A model generated the notes under the pieces. The model saw nothing but the letters and a program-made list of their open reading frames with translations. It was not told the origin of the DNA and searched no databases. A program made the position numbers and the translations under genes. A stretch of DNA of 48,614 nt, the filler included, from Stramenopiles sp. TOSAG23-2 (taxonomy: Eukaryota), in NCBI GenBank assembly GCA_900128395.1. It is 2 parts of 2 records of this genome, joined end to end, with 100 filler letters (N's around TTAATTAATTAA, not from the genome) between each part and the next. Parts side by side here need not be neighbours in the genome. Positions count along the whole stretch, not along the records: positions 1 to 24,312 come from LT649468.1; 1 more part is not named here. The stretch is one strand, 5' to 3'. Every line of letters starts with the position of its first letter. Position 1 is the first letter of the stretch. Positions 11,402-22,293 of this stretch are shown here, piece after piece.

Positions 11402-12772
11402 ATGAAAAAACGATTATATACAACATCAACAACTGAGTTTTTGAAACAGATTCAACCACAGAATCTAATTTCTACTAATCGACGTGTTGTAGTAACAGGT
11501 CTTGGAACAGTGAATCCATTAGGACTATCAATAAAATCATCATGGAAGAAATTAATTCAAGGACACGTTGGTATTGATGTGGTCCCGTTGTTTAAAGATG
11601 CTGGCTTGCCGATCCATATAGGTGCAACAGTAAAAAGAGGAAGTCCTGATGATGAGGAATATTTAGATCCAGATGAATTATTTTCTAATAAACGTGCTGA
11701 GGATGTAGATTTTATTACATTTGCATTAGCAGCTGCGAAAGAGGCATTGGAAGATGCAAATTTTTCCGCGGAAACAGAGGAAGAACAAGTTCGTAGTGGC
11801 ATAGCATTAGGTGCTGGTATTGGTTCATTGGAAGAAATAGTATCAGCATCTGAAACATTAAATAGCCCACGTGGTTTAAGACGATTATCACCGTATTTCA
11901 TACCTAGAACATTAGTAAATCTTGCTGCTGGAAACATTAGTTTAAAATATAATTTAAAAGGACCAAATCACTCGTGCATTACCGCGTGTGCAACAGGTGC
12001 ACATTCAATAGGAGATGCATGTCGTTTTATTAAATTTGGCGATGCAGATGTAATGGTAGCTGGTGGCACAGAATCGACAATGAATCCATTAGCTATTGCT
12101 GGATTTTCAAGAATCAAAGCACTTGCATCCAATTATAATGAAAATCCAAAAGAATCATCAAGACCGTTTGATAAAGATCGATCAGGATTTGTCATGGGAG
12201 AAGGTGCTGGTGTACTTGTATTGGAAGAATTGGAACATGCAAAAAAACGTGGTGCTAATATTTATTGTGAAGTACGTGGATATGGATTATCTGGTGATTC
12301 ATATCATATTACTGCACCAAGTGAAGATGGTGATGGTGCATTTCGAGCAATGAAATCAGCATTATTGCAAAGTGGATTGACGACTGAGCATTTAAATTAT
12401 ATCAATTGCCATGCCACTTCAACTCCATTAGGTGATAAAGTAGAATGTAATGCAATAAGAACCTTATTAAATGACAAAGAGGTTGGAAATAAAAATAATA
12501 ATCATAGTCCATCAATATCATCCACGAAAGGTGCAACTGGGCATTTATTAGGTGCTGCAGGTGCAGTCGAAGCTATTTTTTCCATTTTAGCTTTACATAA
12601 TGGTGTAATTCCACCCACTGTTAATTTAGAAAATCCAGATGATGAATTCAATGATTTAAACATTATCCGTGAAAATGCTGTGGAAAATGAAGATGTAAAT
12701 GTTGTATTGTCAAATTCATTTGGTTTTGGTGGTACAAATTGTTCATTATGTTTTACAAAATATATCGAGTAG
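11402..12772 (+). CDS. OXSM: 3-oxoacyl-ACP synthase II (FabF-type), probably mitochondrial
   Basis: RRVVVTGLG, catalytic TACATG, INCHATST, KGATGHLLGAAG, SNSFGFGGTN. The basic, hydroxylated N-terminus (MKKRLYTTST) resembles a transit peptide. Exact start uncertain. Confidence 0.92.
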   Translation: MKKRLYTTSTTEFLKQIQPQNLISTNRRVVVTGLGTVNPLGLSIKSSWKKLIQGHVGIDVVPLFKDAGLPIHIGATVKRGSPDDEEYLDPDELFSNKRAEDVDFITFALAAAKEALEDANFSAETEEEQVRSGIALGAGIGSLEEIVSASETLNSPRGLRRLSPYFIPRTLVNLAAGNISLKYNLKGPNHSCITACATGAHSIGDACRFIKFGDADVMVAGGTESTMNPLAIAGFSRIKALASNYNENPKESSRPFDKDRSGFVMGEGAGVLVLEELEHAKKRGANIYCEVRGYGLSGDSYHITAPSEDGDGAFRAMKSALLQSGLTTEHLNYINCHATSTPLGDKVECNAIRTLLNDKEVGNKNNNHSPSISSTKGATGHLLGAAGAVEAIFSILALHNGVIPPTVNLENPDDEFNDLNIIRENAVENEDVNVVLSNSFGFGGTNCSLCFTKYIE

Positions 12773-13132
12773 AGAGATGAGAACCCCCCCCCCTGCTTTT
12801 TACGTAATTTAATATATATATAATTTATACCGAACGTAATTAAATATCAAAAAGTCATACGTATATGTAGTTTTAAAAAAAAAGTTTTTTTAGTGTGTGT
12901 AATGTGTCTGTACCGTATATGATATCATAATGTATGTATGATATATAGACTATCATATATGATATCATATATATGTCTTGTGCTTTTACTTCCTTTCACA
13001 TTTTCTCGAAAAAATATACACACATTCCGTTAAAAATTCCACACACCATAACATATTATCCTCGTACACGCATTTTACAACACTACATGTGTGTGTAAAC
13101 GTCATGTGTGTGTGTGTGTACTCCCTCTTTTT

Positions 13133-13792
13133 TTACATGTATGCTTCAGGCTTTAAAACACCAACAAACGGTAATGTACGATAATGTTCAGCAAAATCCA
13201 TTCCATAACCAACAACAAATTCATCTGGACAATCGAACCCGACGTAATCAACATCAACATTAGCTGTACGCCTAGCCTTTTTATCAAGTAAACAACACAA
13301 TTTAAATGACGCTACCTCTTTGCTCTCAAAGTGCTTCTTTACCCATGCCAATGTATTTCCTGTATCAATCAAATCTTCAACTATAAGAACATGTTTCCCT
13401 TTTGGATCAACATCAATATCTTTTTTTAAATTTATACTTCCTGAACTTGTAGTCTATATTAATAGGTGTGTATAATATAATTGTTAGTATTTTATCGTAT
13501 GTAGAATAATTTTTTTTGATTTCATACTTACCCCATGACCATAACTACTTGCAATAATAAAATTTATAGAACTAGGTACTGTCAATTTTCTTACCAAATC
13601 TGCAACAAATAAAATAGCACCTTTCAATAAACCTACAATTAGAATTTCTTCACCTTCGTAATCTTTTGATATTTGCGCTGCCATTTCCGTGATTCTTTTT
13701 TCAATCATTTCCTCCGTGAATAATATTTTTCCTAAAGTTTCATGGTATTTTTTCGGGATAGCAGCTGAGCCGGTTTCAATTAATGACGTCAT
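13133..13792 (-). CDS. HPRT: Hypoxanthine-guanine phosphoribosyltransferase, 2 exons (13792-13532 and 13453-13133)
   Basis: Motifs VGLLKGA, SSYG, VLIVEDLIDTG, LLDK and FVVGYGMD. A 78-nt GTAAGT...TAG intron joins SSYGHG|TTSSGS in frame (87+107 codons). Confidence 0.95.
13454..13531 (-). other. Spliceosomal GT-AG intron (78 nt, phase 0) in HPRT
   Basis: Minus-strand donor GTAAGT at 13531 and acceptor ATAG at 13454. Removal restores a continuous HPRT frame. Confidence 0.92.
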
Positions 13793-14390
13793 ATTTACTA
13801 GTATTATAAAACAAATTTTTAAAATTATAACCAAGGGGAGATAGTAGTATAATATAGAATTGTGCCACTGTCTATCCCATTTTCCTTTCTTGTGTTTTTG
13901 TATATATGTACTTATGGTGGTGGATAATCTCTCTACGTTCTCTATCTCCACAATTTTATTATCCATAAAAAAAAAGTTCATATAAACACCTTATTTTTCC
14001 TTTTTAATCTATTTAAGGAAGATGCGTTTTCCTGAACATCGCCGCCGTCGTCGTCCGATTATTAATACGATGAAGGAAGTTGAAGAATGCCGAATGATGA
14101 ATTTATCATCAGATGAAAAATCTTTTTTTTTATTTTTTGATAATAATATTTTAATTTACAAACAGGTTTACAAACAGGTTTACAAAAATAGGCACCCCAC
14201 AGATGGGCGGCCTAGTTAGTGGAGAGAGTAAAAGTAAATCATATATGAATAAATAAATAAATATTTACAAACACAAATCTAATATAACCTGGATAACAAG
14301 GAAAAGTGCATATAATTAATTATATATATATTATAAAATTAGGAAATAACAGTTATTATTATCATCCATTTTTTAACATAGTTAGATATA

Positions 14391-16862
14391 ATGACAACAT
14401 TCTATAAAAGTGAACGTCGTATTTTTGTAGCAATAATATTAGCAATAACAGTTAACTTTACTAATTTTTATTATGTCGAATCAGCTGTATTTTGGGATTT
14501 ACAAAGTGCAAACATTACAGGATATGAGGAAGAATCATTAGTATACACGCTTCAAGGATTGGTCAATAAAATAAATGAGCCACCTGAATTGTTTTATAAC
14601 ACTGGTGAAAAGAATATTGATTTTCCACAATCTGATGGTTTATGGGTTGATTATTTTAAAAAATATCGTAATATCACATTTGACAAGGACCCACCAAAAC
14701 CAATATTATGTGATTTAATTATAAAATACAAAAATAAGTTAGACGGGGCAGTATTATATAATAGTGATGGCTTCAGTATTTACCTAGCCATGACAATTGC
14801 TGGACTTGACAATTTATTACCTATATCTTTAAATTTAATAAAAAGCCATGATTGTCTTAATGAGTTAAAAGTTGTTCAAAAAGTGGAAAATTTTGCTGAT
14901 AAATTCGATGCTTACCGTTGGGCGATAACTAATTTGTTACCACGAACAAATTCAAACCTTGTATTTAATGCTGATTATTATCACAATGCAGTGCAATCAC
15001 AAGGCGCTGCAACTATAATGTCTGTTGATTACCCAATACAAAATAAAGCCTTTATAATGAATTTATGCCCACTTTGGAAATGCGACCCTATTGATTGTGG
15101 AAAAGGTGGTGGAAGAGTACCAACACCAAAAGAAACAGCGTTGTATGTAGAAATATTAGAATCAAAACCTGAATTAGTTAGTGTGTGGGGTTGGTCTGAT
15201 CCGGAACATGCATATACAAATATTACAGCTCATGCAGGTGGCGTCGTATTTTGCACTTTTTCGACACCCAACTTATCTTTTTGGAGAGCTATATCAATTT
15301 ATTTAAATACAAAGCCAATTAATCCCCCAAAACATGATTTGAATCGAAAATTAGATCACGATAAAGTCTACATCATGTTTGAAACAAATGAAGGGGATAC
15401 GCCGCGTATATTATCTTCCCAATTTACAGGAGCTTGGGTTTCAAATCATCGTGGTAAAATTCCAATGGGGTGGGCTGCAGATCCATATTTAGGGACTATA
15501 TTTCCAGAACTATGGAATTTTTATTCAAAAAATACAACTGTTAATGATACTTTCATCGATGGCGTTGATGGTGCCGGGTACATATTTCTTCATTCTTTGG
15601 GCAATCATGCCAAATCATATGAAACCAGGGCCGGAAAAGTCTTACAAGAAAGTGGTATTACCGTAGTCGATGTTGGAGTAGCCTCAAATAAATGGCCAGC
15701 AGCAACACAAAGTGAAATCGAAGAATATGTAAAGAATGCGCATGAAGGGAATGGTGGCGATCATACTAGTCCAGGAATGATATTAAATGCATGTGGTACT
15801 GCTTGGAATCAACCAATTAATTTCTGGTTAGGTGATGGAACTCCAGTAATCAATAGTGTATGTGTTGGCCCAAAAAATGATACCAGCAATGGGCATTACC
15901 TATATTATTATAGAAATTATTTAAATCAAACAGAACCGAAGAAAGATTTAGCAAGTAGAATTTCATGGGCTTCAAATCATTATAAGAAACCAAGCGAACC
16001 TTTGTTTTTACTAATATTCGGAAGTTTAGGAGTTTACGGTGGAAATTCAGATGTATTTACATTTTTGTCAGATGTTATAGATTCATTGGATGAAAATAAA
16101 TTTGAAGTTGTCGGTTCCTGGGAAATGAGTAGACTTGCAAGGGAGCTATATTATCAAAAAAACAACAAATCTGCTGGCCCAACCGATTTCATTAAAAATA
16201 TTGAAAATGCTATTGATGACATAGGAGAGGAATTATATCTAGGGTCTGGTTGTTATTGGGGTAGGCAATATGATTATGTACAAATTGAACTATCCTCATT
16301 TGGTAGGAAAAACTCTCAAGTGACAACAATTGGTGGATATATGTACGGTAACTCGACAAATAAAAATGCTTGTTATTATAATAAAAACGATGTATCTGTG
16401 TATAGTGAGGAAGGACATGCAGAAGTTGTGAAAATAAATGTACCAAAGCTCAAAATTGCTGATATCTTAAAAAAATATTTTGAATCATTCGTGCAAATAG
16501 ACACAAAAATTTGGGAACGTGAAGATTATTTTGACCTTGGGCCGGGCTATCGTGCATTAATTGGTATGAAAGGTGGTATGAAAAATAATTTTGTTATGAA
16601 TTTGATCAAGCAAGTCGATCCACATAATACAACGTTTAAAATTGGAAAAGGTTCTGATTCAGATACATTAGGAACAAACACTGTATATATTTATGATAGT
16701 GATAAATTTGAATTTCATCAGGCAGAATTGTGTTTACAATTTCACAATAATCAAACTGGTACTTATCCAAAGCAATACCATGATATAAAAACTATTTTAA
16801 CTTCGGATGGTAAATTAAAGAAAACGAATTGTCCGTTACCAGAAATTGTTGGTTGTAAATAA
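14391..16862 (+). CDS. Secreted GxGYxYP-family putative glycoside hydrolase fused to a C-terminal MsrA-like domain
   Basis: N-terminal signal peptide. TLQGLVN, AMTIAG, AYRWA, VWGW, NLSF, EGD, RGKIPMGW and GAGYIFL match the GxGYxYP family. LGSGCYWG...GGYMYG...GHAEVV...YRALIG...FHQAE..QFH matches the peptide methionine sulfoxide reductase fold (~16230-16800). Confidence 0.75.
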   Translation: MTTFYKSERRIFVAIILAITVNFTNFYYVESAVFWDLQSANITGYEEESLVYTLQGLVNKINEPPELFYNTGEKNIDFPQSDGLWVDYFKKYRNITFDKDPPKPILCDLIIKYKNKLDGAVLYNSDGFSIYLAMTIAGLDNLLPISLNLIKSHDCLNELKVVQKVENFADKFDAYRWAITNLLPRTNSNLVFNADYYHNAVQSQGAATIMSVDYPIQNKAFIMNLCPLWKCDPIDCGKGGGRVPTPKETALYVEILESKPELVSVWGWSDPEHAYTNITAHAGGVVFCTFSTPNLSFWRAISIYLNTKPINPPKHDLNRKLDHDKVYIMFETNEGDTPRILSSQFTGAWVSNHRGKIPMGWAADPYLGTIFPELWNFYSKNTTVNDTFIDGVDGAGYIFLHSLGNHAKSYETRAGKVLQESGITVVDVGVASNKWPAATQSEIEEYVKNAHEGNGGDHTSPGMILNACGTAWNQPINFWLGDGTPVINSVCVGPKNDTSNGHYLYYYRNYLNQTEPKKDLASRISWASNHYKKPSEPLFLLIFGSLGVYGGNSDVFTFLSDVIDSLDENKFEVVGSWEMSRLARELYYQKNNKSAGPTDFIKNIENAIDDIGEELYLGSGCYWGRQYDYVQIELSSFGRKNSQVTTIGGYMYGNSTNKNACYYNKNDVSVYSEEGHAEVVKINVPKLKIADILKKYFESFVQIDTKIWEREDYFDLGPGYRALIGMKGGMKNNFVMNLIKQVDPHNTTFKIGKGSDSDTLGTNTVYIYDSDKFEFHQAELCLQFHNNQTGTYPKQYHDIKTILTSDGKLKKTNCPLPEIVGCK

Positions 16863-17277
16863 ATTTCTGGAAATAGTTATAATATCATTTTTTTATATTT
16901 TTTAAATATGATATAAATAAAATTAAAAATATCATACTGGTTGTTGGATTTATTATTTTAATTTTATACGAACTTCGTATGATGCTGCACATATTAAAAA
17001 TAAAAAGAAAATAAAAAAATATGATTAGTTCTTACTAATCTATTAAAAGTGGTACTCGTAATATTTTAAATATTTTAACCGGACATATATTAATACGTAT
17101 AAGATACAAATTTGAGCGCTCGTACAAGTATCATAAATTAAAAAAATATACGAGAACGCGTTAATAAAAAAAATGTTTTTGTTCGTACACGATAGTTTTT
17201 ATATAGGACGCAAGAAGAAATCTATTTGACTCGTATTTTAAACACTCTCTCCCTGTTTCCTATTTCTCCCTCTTGTA

Positions 17278-20200
17278 TTAAAAATTGTTTTTCTCCCTTT
17301 GGCGAAGTATAGAATTGACTGCAGAATGTGTATCCAGGTAAAAATTTACTTTACCAATGATATCAATAGCACCACTCAATTTTAATTTATTATAGACTTT
17401 ACTGTTGATCTTGGATATTTTTACTGCAATCTTTTGCTTTTTCACCTGTTTTACTAGTCTCATTAAAACATGTATGGCAGTTGAATCTATCCATGCAACA
17501 CATGAAAAATCTAAAATAATACTATCAAATTTTTGTATCCCATCATCAATATTTTCAGTGCTATTATCGTGTAAATGTTTATTCACAACACGCTTTAATG
17601 TTTCGACATTGCCAAAAAATAATGGTGCTTCAAAACGTAAAATAATCATTTTCTTTAATAAGTGTATTTGAAACATTTTATCATCGATTGCCCTATAATC
17701 TGTACTATTTATAGCACGCCCAAGTAGTGCCGTATGTGGAACAGCACTTAAAGTTAAAAACAATATAACAGAAAGACCAACAGAAAGTAATAAGCCATTT
17801 GTTATTCCAAGTGTCAACGTCAATATGAATGCCAATGCTAACGATAGAAAATCTTTTTTTGAAAGATTCCAAAGAAATTTAAATTCATCAATATCAACTA
17901 AACCAGCAACTGCACAGATAATGATAATTGCAATTACAAATTTTGGTAAATATGCCAATGCTGGTGCAAATACAAATAACAATATTGTACATATTATTGA
18001 AGATAATAATAAGCTCATTTGGCTTTTAGCTCCGGCTTTATCACTTATAGCTGATCTACTAAATCCACCACCTGTTACATAGGCGGAGCATAATCCACCA
18101 ACAATATTTGATAGCCCAAGCGCAAATAATTCGTGATTGTCATTTAAAGTATTTTTCTTATTCTTCTGTTTTGTATAAGATGTGTAGAGTTTCACATTTG
18201 CGGAATGCTCAACAAAAATGACCACACTTAACAAAAAACAATTTACAATAGAGCGGAGGTAAACATCAATACCAATACTAGGAATAGCTGGTGTTGCAAA
18301 CTTTGGATGAAAAGGTCCAATCATAGCAATATTTGAACAGGCATAAAAACCTTCTTCAGTTCCAGTAGTTGCTTTATCACTACAATATGCTATTTCCGAA
18401 GTTGAAGCATTAATGTTTGTATCTACATGAGATGGTTTACCGGATGGGCACAAAATTTGGGTAGATAATTTATTTACAATATTTTCACGTTGTTCTTTCG
18501 GTAAAGTAATAAAATTGAGATTATCAGCAATATTTTCATTAATTGTAGCAGAGTAAAACCATTTCATATAATGCAAAACAGCCAAACGTTCTTTGCAAGT
18601 TTGTATCCCATTTCGTAACTTTTTCCCATTCCATAGTGCAAAAAATGTATAACTAGAAATTGGCCAAGCTTCTGGCGTATTTAAAACAGTCTGTGACATT
18701 AAAGACAATTTATCTTTTCCGTTGTTTTCCGTTGCATCAATTGCTGTTTGGACTGAAATTTTGTTTGGGATAATAGGATTATTTCCAACATCAAATATAG
18801 AAATACAATGCAATTTTCTATTTTTCACTTCAACATCCCCGGAAACTGCATATCCTATTGAAAATGGTGTTTTATCAACAAAATCTATAACACCCTGATT
18901 ATAGTTTGCTAAAGTAATGTCATTTCCATCTGTTTCTTTTCTCCCTGCATTCCAATTGACTGTTTTCCCAAAACCTATTGTCTCATGAAAATCAGTATCA
19001 AACAATGATAACGCTTCAGTAAATATTGATGTCGTTCCTGACCCATCCTTTCGCACAATCATTTTGATACCAACACTTGGTAATAAATGTGCTAGATTTG
19101 GATTTTCTCGTTGTATCGTATCATGATCCCACCTCGTAATATTGCGGCGAAATATACGTGCAATCGTTTTCGGGCGTAAAACTAATCTTGGAGTCTCTTT
19201 GCTTGTAGCCTTGTCAACAGATATTATATCAGGGAAAACGTTTGCAAATGCACATACAGAAGTAGCCATGGTCGGTATTAATATAATATCACCCTTGTTT
19301 GTCACATTGTATTTAATAAGCGAGGAATTTGATATTTTGACGTCTGTACCGGCAAAATCAACTTCGTTCTGAAGTATGCTACTAATTCCATCTCCACTAC
19401 CAGTAGCTTTGTACTCAATGTCTATAGTTGTACTATGTTGACATTTAAAAGATTGAATTGATTCTTGATATACATGATAAGGCAAAGATGCCCCTCTGCC
19501 TAGGGCTTTTGGTAAATTAATGTCTACGCTGTTGCTATTATTATCATTTCCGTTCGTAGTAAAAGGCACAAATTGGCATGCACTTGCACCAAACAAAATA
19601 CCGACAATCAATAAGATTACGATAGGGTGGCAAATCGAAAAGCAATTGGAGCATATTCTTTGGCTCTTTGTTTGCATATAATTTTTGTTTCCCTTTTTCA
19701 AAGGGCTAAACGATGATTGCTGTAGTTGCCCCTCCTCTATTTTATTGTTATCAACAGCTGCAACAGGAATAAATGATGATGATGAAGAAGAAGCTGTTGA
19801 TTCTACTGATGATGATTTTGACTTCATACGTGGTACTATTTTATTTGCATTTTTACAATATCTCAATGCCATGTAAAACAAAAATCCTATGAGGGAATAA
19901 AAGACGATTAACATATTTGTCTCTGGCAATTTTGTAATTATATTTGGCAGCGCACTCTGAATTGTTGTCCCTTTTTTTCCAGATGATATTCCAAATACAT
20001 GTTTGAGTTGGGAAAGAATAACAACTACAGCTGCCGCAGCTGAGAACCCTTTTAAAACAGGGCGTGACACTAAGGCAGTTGTGATCACACCAATTTGCAA
20101 AATTGCCAATAAAATTAAAACAAAACCTGTCAATATAGTCATTCCAAATACGTAAGTTGCCTTATCTTCTGAAGCAGCAGAATCGACTAGTAGTTCATCT

Positions 20201-21933
20201 ACCATTGCGCCTATTAATAACGCGGGAATACTCATTGGACCTACTGCAACTTTTTTTGAAGAACCAAACATACCGTATATCAACGCAGGAAAAATGACGG
20301 AATAACAACCATATTCAGGAGCAATTCCAATCAAGCTGCTATAGGCAATGCTTTGAGGTATACCAACCATTGATATAGCTAAAGAAGCATTGAAATCCGC
20401 TAATAAGTTTTTTTTGAAATCGTACTCCCAAATCCAGTAGAAAACACTGTTGTAATACACAGTACAACAAGAGTTTACACAAAGTTTGCAAATATCTATA
20501 AAAGTAACCCCTTCGTTAAAATTTGCTTCATTTATAACTTCACTAAATTTTCGTTCTTTGGTTGCCTTTTCTGATTGGTTTGTATTTACTACTATGTCGA
20601 CATCACTACTACTGTTATTATTGGAGAAGGAACTATCAGTACTATGATACCCACGTTCTAAAGTATTAACAATTTCTTGTTTCAATGCGGATAATGGACT
20701 ATTATTATTATTATTAGTGTTTTTTGTATTTTGCTTAAGTTTTTGTTCATATTTATTTTCTACATCAGTTTCTGTGTCGCTACTGTCTATCTTTCCACCA
20801 TCAATTTGCGTTTCCTCAACTTGACTTTCCTCAAAATTAGAGAAAAGCATTTTGTGTGTATTTAACAGTTGTAATAAGCCTTCACTCATTTCAGGATCTA
20901 ATTGTGAAACTTGAAGCGCGAATATTTTCAGCAAAGAGGCAAATGTATCAACTTTTACTTGCATAATTTCTAAATTTCGAGTCGTAATTTCCAAAAGTTC
21001 ACTATCATTCATTTTAATATCACCATATAGCTCTACCATATTACTGTTTGCACTAATTTCCTTGTTTTTTACATCATCGCCACCACCACCATTATTTTTA
21101 CCATCATCGCCACCATCAGAAGACGATATTGAACTCTTAATTATTAATGGATTAATAATTGGTGCAACTTTATCTGCTATTCCTTCACGCATTTCACTTT
21201 TTTCCGCCCCTGTCAACGATAAATCTAACGCACTCATAGCATTCTGTCCCACCCGTATTGCCATTAAAATGTTTTTCGTTGCATTCTTACTTGATTCCTT
21301 AATTTTTTTCCTTAAGTTCTTCGATAATATTGTCCGTTGTTCTGCTTCTTCTTTCTCCGTCTTCTTGGCACTAGAGCTATTCATTTTTTGAGTAGCATGA
21401 TCAACTTTTTCCATAAAATTGAGAAGAGTGTTTGTATCATTATTCTTGTCAAATTTCTTCAATATTTTATAAAATCCAGTATAATTTAATTCAACAAATG
21501 ATATTAAAATGGCACTCAAATGCATTGCATCAACTTGTTGTTTCCTATTTTTTGCAACTCTAGAAGAGGTCATTTGCCTATTAATTTCTTTTGATTTTTG
21601 ATCTGAAAAAGTAATTGTTTTGACTAGTTCATTATCAAGAATATGAAAAAAGTAACTTGAAAGTGCATCAACAGAAACTGTGTTGATATCCTTACCTGTT
21701 TTAACATTTCCATCTTTAACACCATAAAATGTGCTGATAAATGTCCATTTGTCTTCAAACAAACTATCCCGTAATTTATAGTTAACTTCTTCTTTTGTTG
21801 CCGTATTTGTTTTATCTTTTTTTTCTTTTGCTGTTGATATGAGAGATATTATTTTTTTTAAAGCATTGTATTGTAAATATTTCTTTGCCCATGGTTCATA
21901 TCGTTCTTCCCGAATCCGGTTTCCAAATTTCAT
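17278..21933 (-). CDS. SPX - SLC26/SulP anion transporter with an inserted PstS-like phosphate-binding domain - STAS
   Basis: SPX: MKFG, YNALKK, NYTGFYKILKKFDK (~21933-21400). SulP: IPQSIAYS, VGP, NHELFALGLSN, GGFSRSA. PstS-like: GASLP, TGSGDG, FAGTD, RKDGSGTT, SIGYA, WPISSYT (~19510-18450). STAS: LRFEAPLFFGN, IILDFSCVAWIDST (~17730-17290). Confidence 0.9.
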   Translation of the reverse strand: MKFGNRIREERYEPWAKKYLQYNALKKIISLISTAKEKKDKTNTATKEEVNYKLRDSLFEDKWTFISTFYGVKDGNVKTGKDINTVSVDALSSYFFHILDNELVKTITFSDQKSKEINRQMTSSRVAKNRKQQVDAMHLSAILISFVELNYTGFYKILKKFDKNNDTNTLLNFMEKVDHATQKMNSSSAKKTEKEEAEQRTILSKNLRKKIKESSKNATKNILMAIRVGQNAMSALDLSLTGAEKSEMREGIADKVAPIINPLIIKSSISSSDGGDDGKNNGGGGDDVKNKEISANSNMVELYGDIKMNDSELLEITTRNLEIMQVKVDTFASLLKIFALQVSQLDPEMSEGLLQLLNTHKMLFSNFEESQVEETQIDGGKIDSSDTETDVENKYEQKLKQNTKNTNNNNNSPLSALKQEIVNTLERGYHSTDSSFSNNNSSSDVDIVVNTNQSEKATKERKFSEVINEANFNEGVTFIDICKLCVNSCCTVYYNSVFYWIWEYDFKKNLLADFNASLAISMVGIPQSIAYSSLIGIAPEYGCYSVIFPALIYGMFGSSKKVAVGPMSIPALLIGAMVDELLVDSAASEDKATYVFGMTILTGFVLILLAILQIGVITTALVSRPVLKGFSAAAAVVVILSQLKHVFGISSGKKGTTIQSALPNIITKLPETNMLIVFYSLIGFLFYMALRYCKNANKIVPRMKSKSSSVESTASSSSSSFIPVAAVDNNKIEEGQLQQSSFSPLKKGNKNYMQTKSQRICSNCFSICHPIVILLIVGILFGASACQFVPFTTNGNDNNSNSVDINLPKALGRGASLPYHVYQESIQSFKCQHSTTIDIEYKATGSGDGISSILQNEVDFAGTDVKISNSSLIKYNVTNKGDIILIPTMATSVCAFANVFPDIISVDKATSKETPRLVLRPKTIARIFRRNITRWDHDTIQRENPNLAHLLPSVGIKMIVRKDGSGTTSIFTEALSLFDTDFHETIGFGKTVNWNAGRKETDGNDITLANYNQGVIDFVDKTPFSIGYAVSGDVEVKNRKLHCISIFDVGNNPIIPNKISVQTAIDATENNGKDKLSLMSQTVLNTPEAWPISSYTFFALWNGKKLRNGIQTCKERLAVLHYMKWFYSATINENIADNLNFITLPKEQRENIVNKLSTQILCPSGKPSHVDTNINASTSEIAYCSDKATTGTEEGFYACSNIAMIGPFHPKFATPAIPSIGIDVYLRSIVNCFLLSVVIFVEHSANVKLYTSYTKQKNKKNTLNDNHELFALGLSNIVGGLCSAYVTGGGFSRSAISDKAGAKSQMSLLLSSIICTILLFVFAPALAYLPKFVIAIIIICAVAGLVDIDEFKFLWNLSKKDFLSLALAFILTLTLGITNGLLLSVGLSVILFLTLSAVPHTALLGRAINSTDYRAIDDKMFQIHLLKKMIILRFEAPLFFGNVETLKRVVNKHLHDNSTENIDDGIQKFDSIILDFSCVAWIDSTAIHVLMRLVKQVKKQKIAVKISKINSKVYNKLKLSGAIDIIGKVNFYLDTHSAVNSILRQREKNNF

Positions 21934-22293
21934 ATCGGAGACGATTGTAGATAGACGGAAAGATGAATAATATAATAGATGATAATGGAACTTTTTAAAT
22001 GGAAATCAAAGAAGTGAGATAATAACTTTGTTCAATAAGTATATGTATGAATTATTAGTTAATATATATATGTATAAATATACCATATTTTTAATAAATT
22101 TTTTTTCAAAACGTGAAATTACTACAAGTGCACAAGTTGTATTGGGTATTACACTATAATATAGTGCTGTGTAGGCGCATCACTTTTATGGATAAAATAT
22201 GTCTGCTTTTTTTATTATGGACGGAGCGAATCATTAATAGCGGAACGAATAATTGGAGAGGTATTGCTTCATCAATATATATATTGTTTTATT

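Noticed and set aside
13484-13981. Two separate ORFs (13484-13981 and 13133-13372) as independent genes
   Set aside because: They are the two exons of HPRT; the N-terminal extension to 13981 is non-homologous AT-rich sequence.
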